Below are positions 27,524 through 56,598 of a stretch of DNA of 64,000 nt, piece after piece. The DNA is from Amoebidium appalachense (taxonomy: Eukaryota > Protista > Ichthyosporea). The position numbers and the translations under genes are program-made. The DNA lies in the NCBI GenBank assembly GCA_963693365.1, contig CAVNZM010000008.1:9366818-9430817 (forward strand). The letters run 5' to 3'. Every line of letters begins with the position of its first letter. The first letter of the stretch is position 1. The notes beneath the pieces were generated by a model. It did no database searches, was not told the DNA's origin, and saw only the letters and a program-made list of their open reading frames with translations.

Positions 27524-28333
27524 CCCCTACACAATTGACAGGCAACCATCGGGGCCGTCAGAGGCAACACTCGTAGCCTGTCCCTGGCTATGGGCACCCT
27601 GCCTACCATGACACGGCTACACCGAGATCACCCCACCGTCGTTACACAGCCCACATGCCCCCGGTGCAGCCAGCACCCGGAGACCACCACCCACCTCTGG
27701 GCCTGCCCGGCCCATGCCCGGCAGGTCCCCACCCTGACCACGGCCATCACAGCCTGCATCCACAACGTCCTGCACACTCGTCACCCAACACGCCCACGGC
27801 ACAGCACCAACATACGGCAGCCACGGTGGTAGACCAATGTGCATGGATAAACTGGATAGGAGGCAACGGTGACCCACCAGACCCCGAAGACATCAAGCTT
27901 GCAACTGCTAGTGGGTCGCACGGGGATTCTGCCCACGATCGGTGGGCCCACTACTAGCAGCCACCGGCACCACCAAGACCACCACCCGGGCCATCTTAGG
28001 AAAATCACAGTAGAGTTGCAGTCCTTTTTCTTTTCAAAAATTTGGCACCCACGGAACACAACACTCCCCCCCACCCACCCCAAAATGCAAAAACACCACC
28101 ATATACCCACCACCCGTAGAAAGAAAAGTATGGCTCCCCAAAAACCCAAGACACACAAATACACCCCCCACACACACCCGGCCAGCCTGTTCTGACTGCC
28201 GGAACACACACAGACCCAATGTGCCCTGTAAACCCCACCTTTTAGTTCACAAAAACATCGCCACAACATACGTACAACACATAATGTTAGTTAATATTTT
28301 TTTTTTTTTTGGTGGTGGTGGTGGTGGGGGGGG

Positions 28334-28376
<43 letters not shown>

Positions 28377-28927
28377 TGCATGGTTCAACAGTTTCAATGC
28401 CCACAAATTCCCACAGCCAGCAAGGACAGCTACTTTATTCTTTCCGTTTCCGTCAAGTTAAAAAACACACAGGTAGTGGCCGATTAAAACTGTTACACAT
28501 GCCAGTACTGTGTTCCTATGTTATGATCATCCCACCAGTTGATTTGTTTTCTAGAATCTCCCAACCACCGCGCCAAGCCTGCACTAAAGCAGACTATTAT
28601 TATACTTAGTGAGAGTTTACCCTTATAAATGTTTCTACACTGCAATAGCCACAGAATGTATTAAACCTGTACCGCTAGGTTTGGCTATCACACATCACAA
28701 CAGAACGGCGAGTGGCTATATACTGATTCCAAATCGTTCTATAGAAAAATACAAGAAATCTAATTAAGTGCATAAACAAGAAATCTAAGTGTGATAAACA
28801 GAAGCTGCGGGATATTGTTTGCATTGAACTTGACAATGTGTTGTATGTTGTGTCTTCCACCAGAGAATCGCCAGGAAGACAGCGGACACGGGGGGGGGGG
28901 GGGGGGGGGGGGCTTGGGAGGTAAAGT

Positions 28928-33447
<4,520 letters not shown>

Positions 33448-35185
33448 GATTCCTGGAGCATGTATTTTTTTCCTCCAAAATTAGCCTGATGTTCCGGAGC
33501 TTCAAAGTTGTTCAGTCTGCTGTGACAGAGTCGAGAAAAGTTTGAAATTTATTTTTGTGGGCGGGTATTTTTCGTTTGTTGGAACCAATCATTTCATTGC
33601 TACGTGTAGGTGATTGGCCACAGGTCACGAAATAAATTAGACGTGCGACCTACTCAGCTGGTTAAGGAGGTCAACAGTATCAGCTATATCAGCTCTGTAA
33701 TGCACAATAAACACGAAACAGACAGCTAAACTATTATGGAATAATGTGCATACAAATTTAGCACTTTTGTATTTGTTTTCTAGGTCTATTTAGGTGTGAT
33801 ACATCGGCACCTGCGCGGTTGCGTTTGGGATAATTCTTCTGGCGGCGAAAAGGGCTATCACGTGTAATGGCTGATTGGTGTGATGACCTAGTGACGTCAT
33901 ATAGACGTCGACCCGTGCATACTGTACGTTCGCGCCTTGAACATTAAAACAATATGTCCTTACTCTCAACGGATAGTAATAATATAATTAGACAGATTTT
34001 TATACCTGTATTATTTTGTAATTCGTTCCAGGCGTCTGTGGCGTCACATATGCTCACACGAATGCACACAAGCGGCCCACTCAAGCGAATATTTTCCGAG
34101 TCTTCATTGCGCAAGTTTAACGCAAATTTTGCAATATGTGGTGCGTAGGTTTTGGCGCGCACTCACTTGGGTGCGCACGTCCGCCTGTCCATGGACAGAA
34201 GGGTTTCCCGCCGAGACGAGCATGGACACAAACCTGTCAACCCTTTTTCACAGAGGAAAAGACCAGATGTTACTGCAGTTGGGCGCTTGACTTCAAGAAG
34301 GTAGTCTTGGATATTTTGCAGAAACATGTGCACATGCGTTTAGGAGCTATTTCTAGCTAGATAGCACAGGGTTGTGTTGATCAGAAGTGGCCGTCTTTTT
34401 CCTGAAGTGTTCTGTAGCTGAGTTCGGACTTGCCACTAAACTAGTTGGGCCTGGAAACATCAGGCGTTTTCTCTGATCAAGGTAATCCTTATGATGGCAC
34501 CGTTCTTATTCTGGTTTGCGTGCATGGCGCAAAGATAGTTGCGTTGATTTCCGTAGTTGACTGCCAACACCAACATGTGCCGCAGACATCTATGTTGCAT
34601 CCTGACTGTTCTAGTCTTCATACGGTTTTCTTTTTTTTGTTGAATCGATTTTTGGGCATTTGGTTCCGTCGTCATTCAATAATAACCGCGGCGGACTATC
34701 TTTTGAGAAGTTTTTCTTTTTTCTTTTACCCCACCATGCCATCACATGCCCCATGGTAAGCGTTGTGATAGCCTATGTGTTGCATACGAACAACAGAGAG
34801 GAGGCCATCTCAATAGCCATGCGTCAGATAGATAGAATGTTCATTACTTTGACACGGTAAAGCATGCCCTTGTAACTAAGCAAACTTTTCCACTTTTCCT
34901 GCGTCTAGAAAGCAACAATAACCCTGGGCCTAAGGCACACCCGACGTGCTCAAGCCCTGGTCCATATGTTAAGAGTTATTCAATCATTTGGCCCGAAGTT
35001 TGGCAAGAAACTTGTGTTGACGTTCCCAACCTGGTTTGTAAAGTAAAAACCTATAACATAGCCCTATTTTTATCTTTGAAGCCTGTGGCAGATAGTCGCT
35101 CATAATCAAGCATCACACGCTTGGTCCTAGGCGCCCCGGCATGAGTGGTTGACTTACAACAACCCATCCTTGATGGGACACACAG
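33448..35185. promoter_or_regulatory. Divergent promoter region between RAB11 (-) and the TTC38-like gene (+)
   Basis: Head-to-head genes with a stretch free of long G/C runs. CCAAT/ATTGG boxes near 33585, 33613 and 33874; palindromic TGACGTCA at 33892-33899. Confidence 0.5.
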
Positions 35186-46226
<11,041 letters not shown>

Positions 46227-47562
46227 TTTAGGTTATTTATCACGTATTTTTTGGCAATGTTTGGGTGGATTTGGGAGTTGTGTAAATGTGTATAGTGTAG
46301 AGAGTGCAGATGTGAAGGTAGTGTCATATTTTGGGTTGAATCATATAAATATTTCCGAATGGCCAATCCCACACTGTTTTCCTTTATCATTTTATTTATT
46401 TATTTCTTTATTTTTTTTTGTGGGGGTGGGGGGGGGGGGGGGGGGGGGAGGGGGGTATTTACGTATGGAGAATGGTATCTGCGACCCACACGGACGATCG
46501 CGGGGCTATTCTTTCCTTATTTCCTTAATTTAGACGGATAGTGTCGAAAATTGACACCTGGTGTACATACATACCCCAGATCTATTGAATGTTTCAAAAT
46601 CTAACGTTGAAGCCCTCTACATACGTGCACTCAGTGGCTAAGCTGCTTAGAACAATAATATTGATAAGTCACAATTTCTGTAAACTTGCATGGGTAGTTG
46701 GGCATGTACTATAACTTCTAAAGAGAAGTGATGACAGAAGGGAGTGTTCTTGACAGATTCTTTTTTCATGGTGTGTATCGTAAATGGGGTTTCTCTTTTT
46801 TTGCAGTTCCGGTTCTGGTGTTTTTTACATTTCCATTAAATTTGATTTAAAGTTTTCAAGTTTTGTGTACGCAGTTGTGACCGATCTGTGCGCATGTAAG
46901 CCTTTAGTGAGTGAGGGCACCCCCACAGTGCCAGGCTCCCACCGAACATTTCCCCCCTTCTCCCCCCCCCCCACCCCCCCCCCCCCCCCCCCTCCCCTCC
47001 GGCTCTTCCCAGGCTAATATTAGTGAGGCTTCCCCTCCTCCCCTCCTACCTCCTTCCCTTCCTCCACGCCCCCCCGGTTGTTTTTTTTTCGTCAAAGATG
47101 AATTGATGTCGATCTGCTTCAAGTTTTTTTTTTCTCAGTTGCCGAGAATTTTATCTACAGTATCCCATGGCATATTTTTTTTTTTTTGTTTTTTTTTTTT
47201 GTTTTGTTTTTCCGTCCTGTGGCTGGACTCGGGGGATCTCACACACGATTGTGGAACAAGCCGTCGTGATATTGTTCGTTGCAAGAGCAAGTGCACGTGC
47301 ACACATGTGAGAGGAAGGTTGCACGACCTGTATCATAAACCCTTGCTGCTCAAGTGTTGGTATGCAGCCGGTTTTTTTGTTTGCTTCCTTTTTTTTTTTT
47401 GGTGGGGCAGGGCAGGGCGGGGATAGAGCCCGGACGGGGCGGGGCAGGGTGGGACCCAGGCAGGGCGGGGGGACGGGGGGAGAAGGGGGGAGGGGGGAGG
47501 GGGGAGGGGGGGGGAGCTGCACGCAGTACTGGAGGGCCATGAGTGGTGGTGGTAGGGGGGGA

Positions 47563-47858
47563 GTTTGAATGCGGAACACAGTACGAAGTACGCATACACG
47601 ATGAGAAGCATGGTGCAGGACACATGCAAAGGCAAACATTCAAGTATGCAACATCAGCCATGCGCACAGTATGCGTCATAAGCAGAGTCCATCCTCTGGG
47701 AGTGCCCAAGTCATCTGATGACTTGGGCACTCCCAGAGTTTCGACCCCTTAGCCCGCGTATATACGACGCTCCAACTCAGACAGCAGCATCAACTGAACT
47801 TGGGTGGGTCAACCCGTCTTGATCAAAGACGAGCATGGTTGCTTATGCAAGCAAGGTG
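47563..47858 (-). repeat. Second long copy of the dispersed element, inverted relative to 38947-39232
   Basis: Reverse-complement match over ~290 bp; contains a perfect palindrome with 22-bp arms at 47694-47738. Confidence 0.85.
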
Positions 47859-47869
47859 GTGGGGGGGTA

Positions 47870-47937
<68 letters not shown>

Positions 47938-47990
47938 TGAGGTCTTTCTTTATTCATTTTCGAAGTATTTAATCCTCGTTCCAAATTTCC

Positions 47991-48059
<69 letters not shown>

Positions 48060-48655
48060 CATGGGTATTGATGGGTGCGTGTTTTGTGTGTGGTTGTCTC
48101 TATGATTTCGGCTGGCACTGCCATCGCAATAGTGTGAGGACATGTCTTATTGCCAAGGATACGTTTGCATGCATATGGCCGTATTCACAAATATGCACTT
48201 CTTTTTTCGTTATTCCATTGGTGTCGTGTAAGATGTATGCATGGCAGGGCGCATGTTGCACCTTAGCTGCGGTGTGCAGGCATCGTGCTGTGTATACCTG
48301 TGTGAGCAACGCATGTGTATTGGCTTGCTTCTTTGAGTATTTTGTGTGCAATGTGCCGTGTTCTAATTGGGGAATAATGCGAACGTTAGAACCTGTCAGA
48401 AAGTGGTAGAGTAAGTAAACTTCAGTCATCTCAGAACGATGTTCGATGACTTCCATGAAATCTAGTATTCATCAGCGTCGCTTTAGAATTGTATTGTCTC
48501 TCCCTGACCTCCTCTCTCTTCCCCTCCCTCTCTCACCTTCTCCCTCCCCATCCACACACCACCTTCGCCCCCCCCCCCCCCCCCCCCCCCCCCATAGATC
48601 TCTCCTCACACACACACACGCACATACTTAACAAACACACACACACGCACACACA

Positions 48656-48687
<32 letters not shown>

Positions 48688-49975
48688 CATACACACACAC
48701 ACACGACCCCCCCCCCCCCCCCCCCCCCCCCCCTCCCCCCCCCCTTGAGGCTCTCTGAAGAACTCTCCTCACACATATGCACACACGTACACACAAACGC
48801 ACACAAACACACAAAACATCATGGCCAAGAGGGGCATGGTTTTGGTTTCAACTCCTATTTCCATTTTGCTGCAGGAGCACCGCAATACAACAGGTTACCA
48901 ATAGCTATGTGTATGCGTTTTATGCAAATGCAGTAGGCCGTTCTACAGCATATTCTTACTTTTTTTGTTGTTTTCTAAAAAATTGCAGAACCTAGAGCAG
49001 GCTGTATACAACTTGATACACTTTGCGCGCAACCACCAACGCAACGGTCTCAGGACGGTTACAACAACAAGCTCACGGCCGTTGCAGATTTTGCGAACCC
49101 TGTTGGAATGCAGGCACAGGCACCCATGATTAGAACCAAATAAATGCTGAATCTCGTAGAACTTCTTGATAGAGATATTCTACTACAAGCGTAGTGTTCA
49201 AATGAATGGTTATTTGATTTATAGTTTATTTCTGATAACTTGAGCTTCTTTCACGTTGAAGCTGGCTTTCTTTTCTTAGAAATACGACTTTTTAACCGCT
49301 ATGATGTGCGCTGGGAATGCTTGAAATGCCGGCATAGATAAACACAACCAATCAATTCAACGCATTCGAAGTTTTATAAACAGAATCCTTAATTTGGTTG
49401 GTTACTTGTCAGATAGCACGACTGGCGTCTGGCTCATAACAGATCTTATCGCTTTTTTGGGTGAATCCGATCCATTTCTACCAATTAGATTCGACCGCCT
49501 TGTCACTCTAAACGGCCAGTCGCGCGCCAGTTTATGCAGTCTCCTCGGCGAGTCCTCGCCTTTGAATCGTTCATTTTTCTTTTTCTGTGCAAATAGGCGA
49601 GTCCTCGCCTTTGAATCGTTCATTTTTTCTTTTTCTGTGCGAATAATTAGTATTTGCTGGAGAAACATCATGAACAGAAACTGAACTTCCCTTGTTCTGC
49701 ATAGGTTCTCGTTTTGCAACCAGTTTGGTCACTAGTGTTGTACACAGTGCGTCAGCGATGCCCTGTAAATGAGGGGTATATTCGTTATGCCTACAACTAA
49801 TCTTCAGTTCACAAGACTTCACGCACACATCAAATTCTAGTCCTACACAACCTCCAGTTGACAGTTTTATCTTCGGCCACACATCAACGGTATCCTTCCA
49901 CTCGTTTCTTCTCCTTTTAACTGACACATCTTCTTAAACTGTAAGAATCTACTTCAGTTACAACTAGCGTTGAAA

Positions 49976-51209
49976 ATGCTGAGCTTCCTTCAACCCATCA
50001 TGCAACGCCCAAACTTTAACCTACCCAGGACCCCAAGTGCAGAATCCGGGGTAGTGAAGTGCGAAAAACCGTCTCTGAGCTATCAAACACTCATTGCACG
50101 AGCAATCATGAGCGCCGGAGGGTCACTTACACTTGCAGGCATCTATTCCTACATCATGGAGTCGCATTTGTACTTCAGAACAACGCAAGATAACTGGAGA
50201 AATAGGGTCAGACACACACTCACTGTGTGCAAGTGTTTCAAGCGTATGGCTACAACATCGAGCAGGCGCGGTGGTCTATGGACGATCGATACGGAATACA
50301 GGTAAGGTTTTTGTTATTTTTACTCGACCTTTTCCTATTTGTTTGTGATCTGTTCTGGTGTTTGATAACTGCGGGCAGTTTTTGGTGGGGTTGCTTGAAA
50401 TGGCAAGAGAGGGAAGTGGGAATAGAGAGCGAGGAATGTGCCATTCGAGCCAAGGGGTTGGATTGTTTGAAATTAGGTTAGCACAACTTGAGGTTGAAGA
50501 GTAAAAGGGAGGAACGAGGGTAAGGGGGGGAGGGGGAATGGGGGGAGTTACCACGAGGTTCTGCTGATCATGCGTTGGTTGGGACTCCACAGCTATGATC
50601 ATGATAATCCAGGCGGTCTGTGGAGTGTTAGGAGTTTTTGTAATTTTTTGGTGATACTCCATCTACTTCCACCCCACTGATGTACTCTACGTCACTATCA
50701 TGAGTCAAAGCTGATATTAAGTTTTTTCTTCGGACTTGGAATCGTGTTTCTCCCCTTAGACCGTGCTGTTGAGGTGTTTGTGTTCGCCAGGACGGGGCTC
50801 TTGGATTTACTCTGTGCACAAAGTTGTGTGTGCATAACTGCACAGAGTTCATACACGCTGAACCCCTCCTCCCCCCCAATCCCCCCCTCCACCCCCCCAA
50901 CACACACACACACACACACATCCCCTCCGGCCTCCTTTGGGTTTTAAGGTGGTCCCTTCGTGATTTGCGCTTGAGGGTTTTCCTTTTTCTTTTCCTCCCC
51001 CTGTCACCTTATACCTTCTACCGAGGCTCTCTGAAGAATCTTCCTTTCCCTCCCTCCCCCACCCCCACTTACCCCCTCTTCTTTGAGGGTCTACAAGCGG
51101 TCCACACCCCTTTGTATTGTGAAAATACACTTAAGTGCACACTTTCAGTCGTGAGCTTTATTTGGCAACCATCAGCAACCGATAGCTGTTTGTATGCCTC
51201 AGAAGGAGG

Positions 51210-51291
<82 letters not shown>

Positions 51292-52725
51292 CGCGGGGGG
51301 GAGGGCATTAGAATAGAAGGCGGGGATTACTGGACAAGACAACCTAAACAACAATGCTAAATAGGGGGAAGCGATTACTAGGGGAGACAACCAATCAAGA
51401 ATATCTGTAATAACTTAGCAATGCCAGCAAAAAAGTGTTTACTAATTTTCCCGCTTTTCTTTCATGATCACAGGTCGAGCTTCACAGCGGACTGGACCTA
51501 TGTCGGCGCAAACAACCGTCCGACACAGGCGTCGTCTCCCCTCAACTCCCTCGAGCGCCCCAACGCCCTTGCCTCCACCCGATCTTGCCCAACCACCCCC
51601 GACACTGTTCGTTTCAACCGCATGGAGAACCCAACCACACAACTCCTCCTTCCAACATACAACCAGGACCCTTTTGGGCAGACGAAGAGCGAGCACGCGA
51701 GCCCGGAGATCTCCCGCGCGGCACGGCTTCGGGCGGTCTGCACGGCGCCGGACACGTACTACAGCCCCGGGCCGGACGCGGCGAGGGATTTCTGGGGAGA
51801 TCTGAACGGCGATTTTGACGATTTTCAGGATCCGCTCGATGTTCTGGACCACCCTTACGACCCCAACCAGCCCTACCCGGTCAACGGGATGGCGAGCGCG
51901 GGGAGCGGGGGGAACCTTTCGCCCACCTCGCAGCTGCATTCCAACCAGGCAGCGCTTTTGTCGAAACTCGACGAGATTCAGCACCAGAGGCTCCACGCGG
52001 ACGATTTGAGGAGACAGGTGAGCCCGTATTCTATTGGTCCTCGGAACAGTGCCCCCGCAATGGTGCTCCATTCAGCGACGATCGACAAGCTCACTCAGGC
52101 CAATCAGACGGCGCAGGCTCAGGAGTTTACGGCGTTGGCGTACCAGAGGTTCTCATTGGCTGAGCAGGGCGAAGGCGGCGAAAATGCGATGAACCTCACG
52201 GCGGACGATGCAAACAGTCTTTTGTCGTCGTACAATGCGGCCATGGCGGCACAGCAACAGCACCAGCAGCAGCAACTTGAACAGGATGGGATGGGCGCCG
52301 GGGGACAAGGCATGTCACCGATTTCGGAGGAGCAGGCGGTGGCACTCACGACGTTGGACATTGACTTTTCGATGCTTTCTCTGTCGCAGCTCGGAAATGC
52401 GAACGGGTTGGCGGGGATCGCGATGAAGCAGGAGCCTGGATCGTCAGGAGATCTGAACGCGGGGCAAGGGAGCGGCAACGCGGTGTCCATGTTTTCGATG
52501 GAGAATTTGGACCCTGTGGCTGGCTTGGCGTTTGACATGCCTGGAAATGCGAACGCGGTTGGGGAGGTTGGGTCAAGGCCCGGAAGTGCGGATTTGCCGG
52601 AGGAGGAGGATTCGGTGGGTGACCTGCCCGTGATGCAGGCGTTTAAGCTCGAAGGCCCCAAGACGGTTCAGAGCATGGAGAATTTCAACAAGGTTTTGAG
52701 CATGCTGAAGTCGGAGAAGTCGTGA
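49976..52725 (+). CDS. Forkhead (winged-helix) transcription factor, 2 exons
   Basis: Exon 1 49976-50301 (EKPSLSYQTLIARAI...LTLAGIYSYI...YFR...WRNRVRHTLTVCKCFKR...GGLWTID), phase-2 GT-AG intron, then exon 2 51474-52725 encoding an S/P/Q-rich and acidic tail. Subfamily not assignable. Confidence 0.9.
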
Positions 52726-53943
52726 AAAAAACGAAAAACGGTGAGGATGCTGTGTGTGTGTGTTCCTCCTGTGTGTGTATGTACGTGCGTGTGGATTTTT
52801 TTTTTTTTTTTTTTTTTTTGGGTGGGGGTGGGGGGGGGGGGGGGGGGGGGGGGGGTTCGGACACGGTGAAATGCATCGGATGATGGTTTCAATATGCCGG
52901 GTGATATCGATTTTATATGTGAAAGTAAAAGCTTTGGTCTTAACATTAAATAACCAGTCCGTATCATGATGTTGAATGGTGGCATGGTTGGAAAAACGTT
53001 TGATGATTAAGCGAAGAGGGAATGGGCTGGCGTCAGCTGTGTAGCGGTATGTAGAAGAGAAGTCGCCTTTTTAGAAGTGAATGAAGAAGCTGCACTCCGA
53101 GTGGTTCGCAGTGTTGGAGATACAATGTTAATTAAGTACGATGTCTACTGATATATAGATACAATTCTACGTTAGCGTTTTTGGTTGAGTTATTGAGTTA
53201 TCTTTAATAGCGATTTAGTCTGGAGCGCCGGCATATGTATTCTGCCGCCCTTTTATACCATGAGGTGTTTATAATGTCATTGAGACATATTCATACTACG
53301 TTTTACTAAGTCGAGCGACTTTAATGGGTTGGGTGAGGGGGATGAAAAGGGAGGGTGATATAGTGGTGGGCACTCGTTTGCCCAGCTCCGCCGGGCTGTA
53401 GGTACACAGGCAGTGCCAGGTACTGTTGGGTTACATGTTGAGTCCCTATATTTGATGATTGCTGCAAGTAAGTAAATGGGGCAGAGCTTGTTGCTGCTGC
53501 CGGAAAAACAACACGTGTATGCCTCGTGATTAATGCCCAACGTACGGCACACGTCTTTTGACCCACAATGCACCTGTCAGGGATCCGATTCCGGCCCTGA
53601 CCAATCTCAGCTTGACGCGCCATCAGCTCGCACTCAGATCAGTTGCCGCCAATAATTCATGTTCACGAAGCTTCGAAAAATGATCCGACCATAATTCTAT
53701 GAGGTGCCTAACATTGACAGCTCAGCCGCAGTCCGCAATAAAAAAGTTGTAAAAAGAAAGAACTTCTGCGACTATCTTAACATACTATTTGTCAAAAAAA
53801 CAACAAACAGTACTTCGACAAAGAGGAAACCTCCTACTCGTGTTCAAAGATATCCACACTCGTGTTTGACTGTTATGCACTACTGAAAAAAAAAAGCTCG
53901 CTCCAGACAGCTTTCTTCTGAGTACTCTGCTCTACACCGCGCT

Positions 53944-55382
53944 GCGTCACAAAGTGATCGACGATATCGTGTTCACCCTTTTTATACCTCTCCACTAGCC
54001 GCTAAGACAAATACCGTGATTCCTACCCAACCAGTTCATTCAAAAGGCCTACCCAATGGTATCGCCCGGTTGTGCAAGCTACAGGTGTAATTACCGCTCA
54101 TTAGCTAACTTCCACAACCGGGCCCTCCGACTGGTTCACTATCACGGCTCACGAGGCCACTTCTGCAACTTCCACGACCGAAGAATCTGACTGGTCTCCT
54201 GCTAACGAAGTCATTAGCGCAACTTTCACAACCGCGCAACCCGATTCGCCACATAAATCTCCCCAGACCCACGTCCTCCGTATCGTGCTCTACCCTAGCG
54301 CCCGCCGTCGCACGTAAGGCTTACGTAAGGCCCTGCGCAAGCCTCCCCCCAAACCTCCATATCGTGGTCTCGCCGCCCCGACCCCACCGCCTTACGTAAC
54401 CTAGGCCCCGCGCCAGCCAACCAAACGGCCCGGTTGTGGAAGAAGGCCGAATCTGCCGGGGGGCCCCCTAGGTAGGGCTACCTTTCGTAAAAACGGTTTT
54501 TTGCAGTTTCCTTATATGGCTAACTGATCGAACCGGATTCGATCTGGACCAATCATAAATACCCCTTGGCAGAGTTTTCTCGTTACGACACGTAGGGGGC
54601 CCCCCGGCAGATTCGGCCTTCTTCCACAACCGGGCCGTTTGGTTGGCTGGCGCGGGGCCGGGGTTACGTAAGGCGGTGGGGTCGGGGGAGGCCAGACCAC
54701 GATATGGAGGTTTGGGGGGAGGCCTGCGCAGGGCCTTACGTAAGCCTTACGTAAGGCGGTCAGGCGGGGGCGGGCGCTAGGTAGAGCACGATACGGAAGG
54801 CGTGGGTCTGGGGAGGTTTATGTGGCGAATCGGGCTGCGCGGTTGTGAAACTTGCGCTAATGACGTCGTCAGTAGGGAACCAGTCAGATTCTTCGGTCGT
54901 GGAAGTTGCAGAAGTGGCCTCGTGAGCCGTGATAGTGAACCAGTCGGAGGGCCCGGTTGTGAAAGTTAGCTAATGAGCGTTAATTACACCTGTAGCTTGC
55001 ACAACCGGGCGATACCATTGGGTAGTGGTTTGAAGTTTTATGATTGGATAAAAACCATTCAATCCTTTTGGCGGGTATATATAAACGTAGATCTGGGGGT
55101 AGTATATAATGCAGCAACACGATATTTGACGCTCAGTTTTTATAATGCCGCCGAAGCGAAGCAGAGCAAAGCAGAAGAAAGTTGTACAGCCTCCTTGTGG
55201 TACTAGTGAATATGCAGTTGCGAGCATAAGCCTGAACATAACCAATGCGGGTGGGAATGTGCGATACCATTTGGTAGGCCTTTTGAATGAAATGGTTGGG
55301 TAGGAATCACGGTATTTGTCTTAGCGGCTAGTGGAGAGGTATAAAAAGGGTGAACACGATATCGTCGATCACTTTGTGACGC
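53944..55382. mobile_element. Large inverted-repeat (foldback-like) element with ~525-bp arms and ~120-bp spacer; right arm carries an extra ~235-bp segment
   Basis: 53944-54065 pairs with 55261-55382, and 54050-54470 pairs with 54593-55025. Non-coding and GC/CpG-rich. No TSD found. Confidence 0.75.
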
Positions 55383-55465
55383 GTAGGGCTCCCTTTCGTA
55401 ACTTTGGCGGTTACATTTTCAACATGATGATGATTATCCACCCCCTCCCTCCCCCCCTTCGAAAT

Positions 55466-55497
<32 letters not shown>

Positions 55498-55819
55498 CCA
55501 CTCACCCACCCACCCTACCCTCCCTCCTCAACGACTAACCGACTGTGGCTCATCCATCAGCATACTGTGTGTTATCGTTTCAAATTTTGCTGTGTGCACC
55601 CTTGACGGTGTGGCCGATATCGATCCGTTCTGTTAAGCCACTTCCGGAAGAGGCTCGAGGTAAATGCACACGAGTGAAAGGTCTCCTGATCTGCTATTGA
55701 TATAGTAAAACTACTATGTACAATAACAGATCACTTCAAAAATAAAATTGTATACCAATTGTAGCCCGGCGAAATGTTGTTGTTTCCGGAGCACCTTATA
55801 CTGAGGCTTGCACTTTTAA

Positions 55820-55861
<42 letters not shown>

Positions 55862-56199
55862 TGGTAGCACAGCGCAAACCTCGGGAATAAATCCGGTCGA
55901 TCCCTCTGACGTCACCAAAGCTTTTGGAGCAAATAATCACACGGTAAACAAAACGCACCACCCTCAAACAAAAAGTGTGTACTGTACAAGAGTGACAGGT
56001 GATGAACTCTTGAAAACTTCTGCAAGACCTTGCAAAGTTTTCCGGGTCCCGGGTAGAGCATTAGTATTTTTGGTCAACTGGTTAGAACGGTGGTTTTATC
56101 ACATGCAATTCAAAGTTGCTTCTCGTAGCATTTACACGTTTGAATCTATACTTTAGTAACATTCAGACATCATCCACGCTGCACCAAACCGAGGCAAAA

Positions 56200-56557
56200 A
56201 TGGATATTCCTTCCCTCCCTTCAGAGCTCACCTACCAGTGGCTAACAGATGCTTTGGGCGTTGAAGTGATGGGCTTTGAGCTGAAACCGGTGGGGAAGGG
56301 AGAGGGATTCCTTGGAACATTGGTTGTGGTGGTGCCAAACTACGCAGATCCAGTGGCTGCGAAGAAGGCATGCAAACCGGCTACATTCGTTGCGAAGTTC
56401 CCACCTCACCCAGATGAGGTTCCTGACCTGGTTGCTGTTCTGGCAAGTCATCGCATCCACGAAGTTGAGGTGAGTGGTGGAGAAGGAGTGGATTGGGTAG
56501 GGTTATGTGGGAGAGAGAAAGGAGGATCAACAGGAAAGGTTCGGGTATTTGTGTGTT

Positions 56558-56598
<41 letters not shown>

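Larger units (their letters stand above)
24780..28270 (+). mobile_element. Decayed, 5'-truncated non-LTR retrotransposon (RNase H plus C-terminal CCHC Zn-finger), interrupted by a nested LTR mini-element
   Basis: RNase H motifs VYTDGS...AGAG...AELTGVLLAL...IKLDN (25282-25893 frame), continuing after a frameshift as WVKGH...NNEADKAA (25839-26198 frame). zf-RVT-like GTLPT..RL...CPRC...ETTTHLWAC at 27590-27720. Multiple frameshifts and no RT domain seen; boundaries approximate. Confidence 0.8.

Noticed and set aside
26514-27611. Duplicated ORFs MTELHDCTWQ... and MEFSHGVNT...
   Set aside because: Chance ORFs within the two LTRs, with no gag or pol motifs.
51442-52661. Long antisense ORFs (209 and 180 aa)
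   Set aside because: Shadows of the GC-rich forkhead exon 2.
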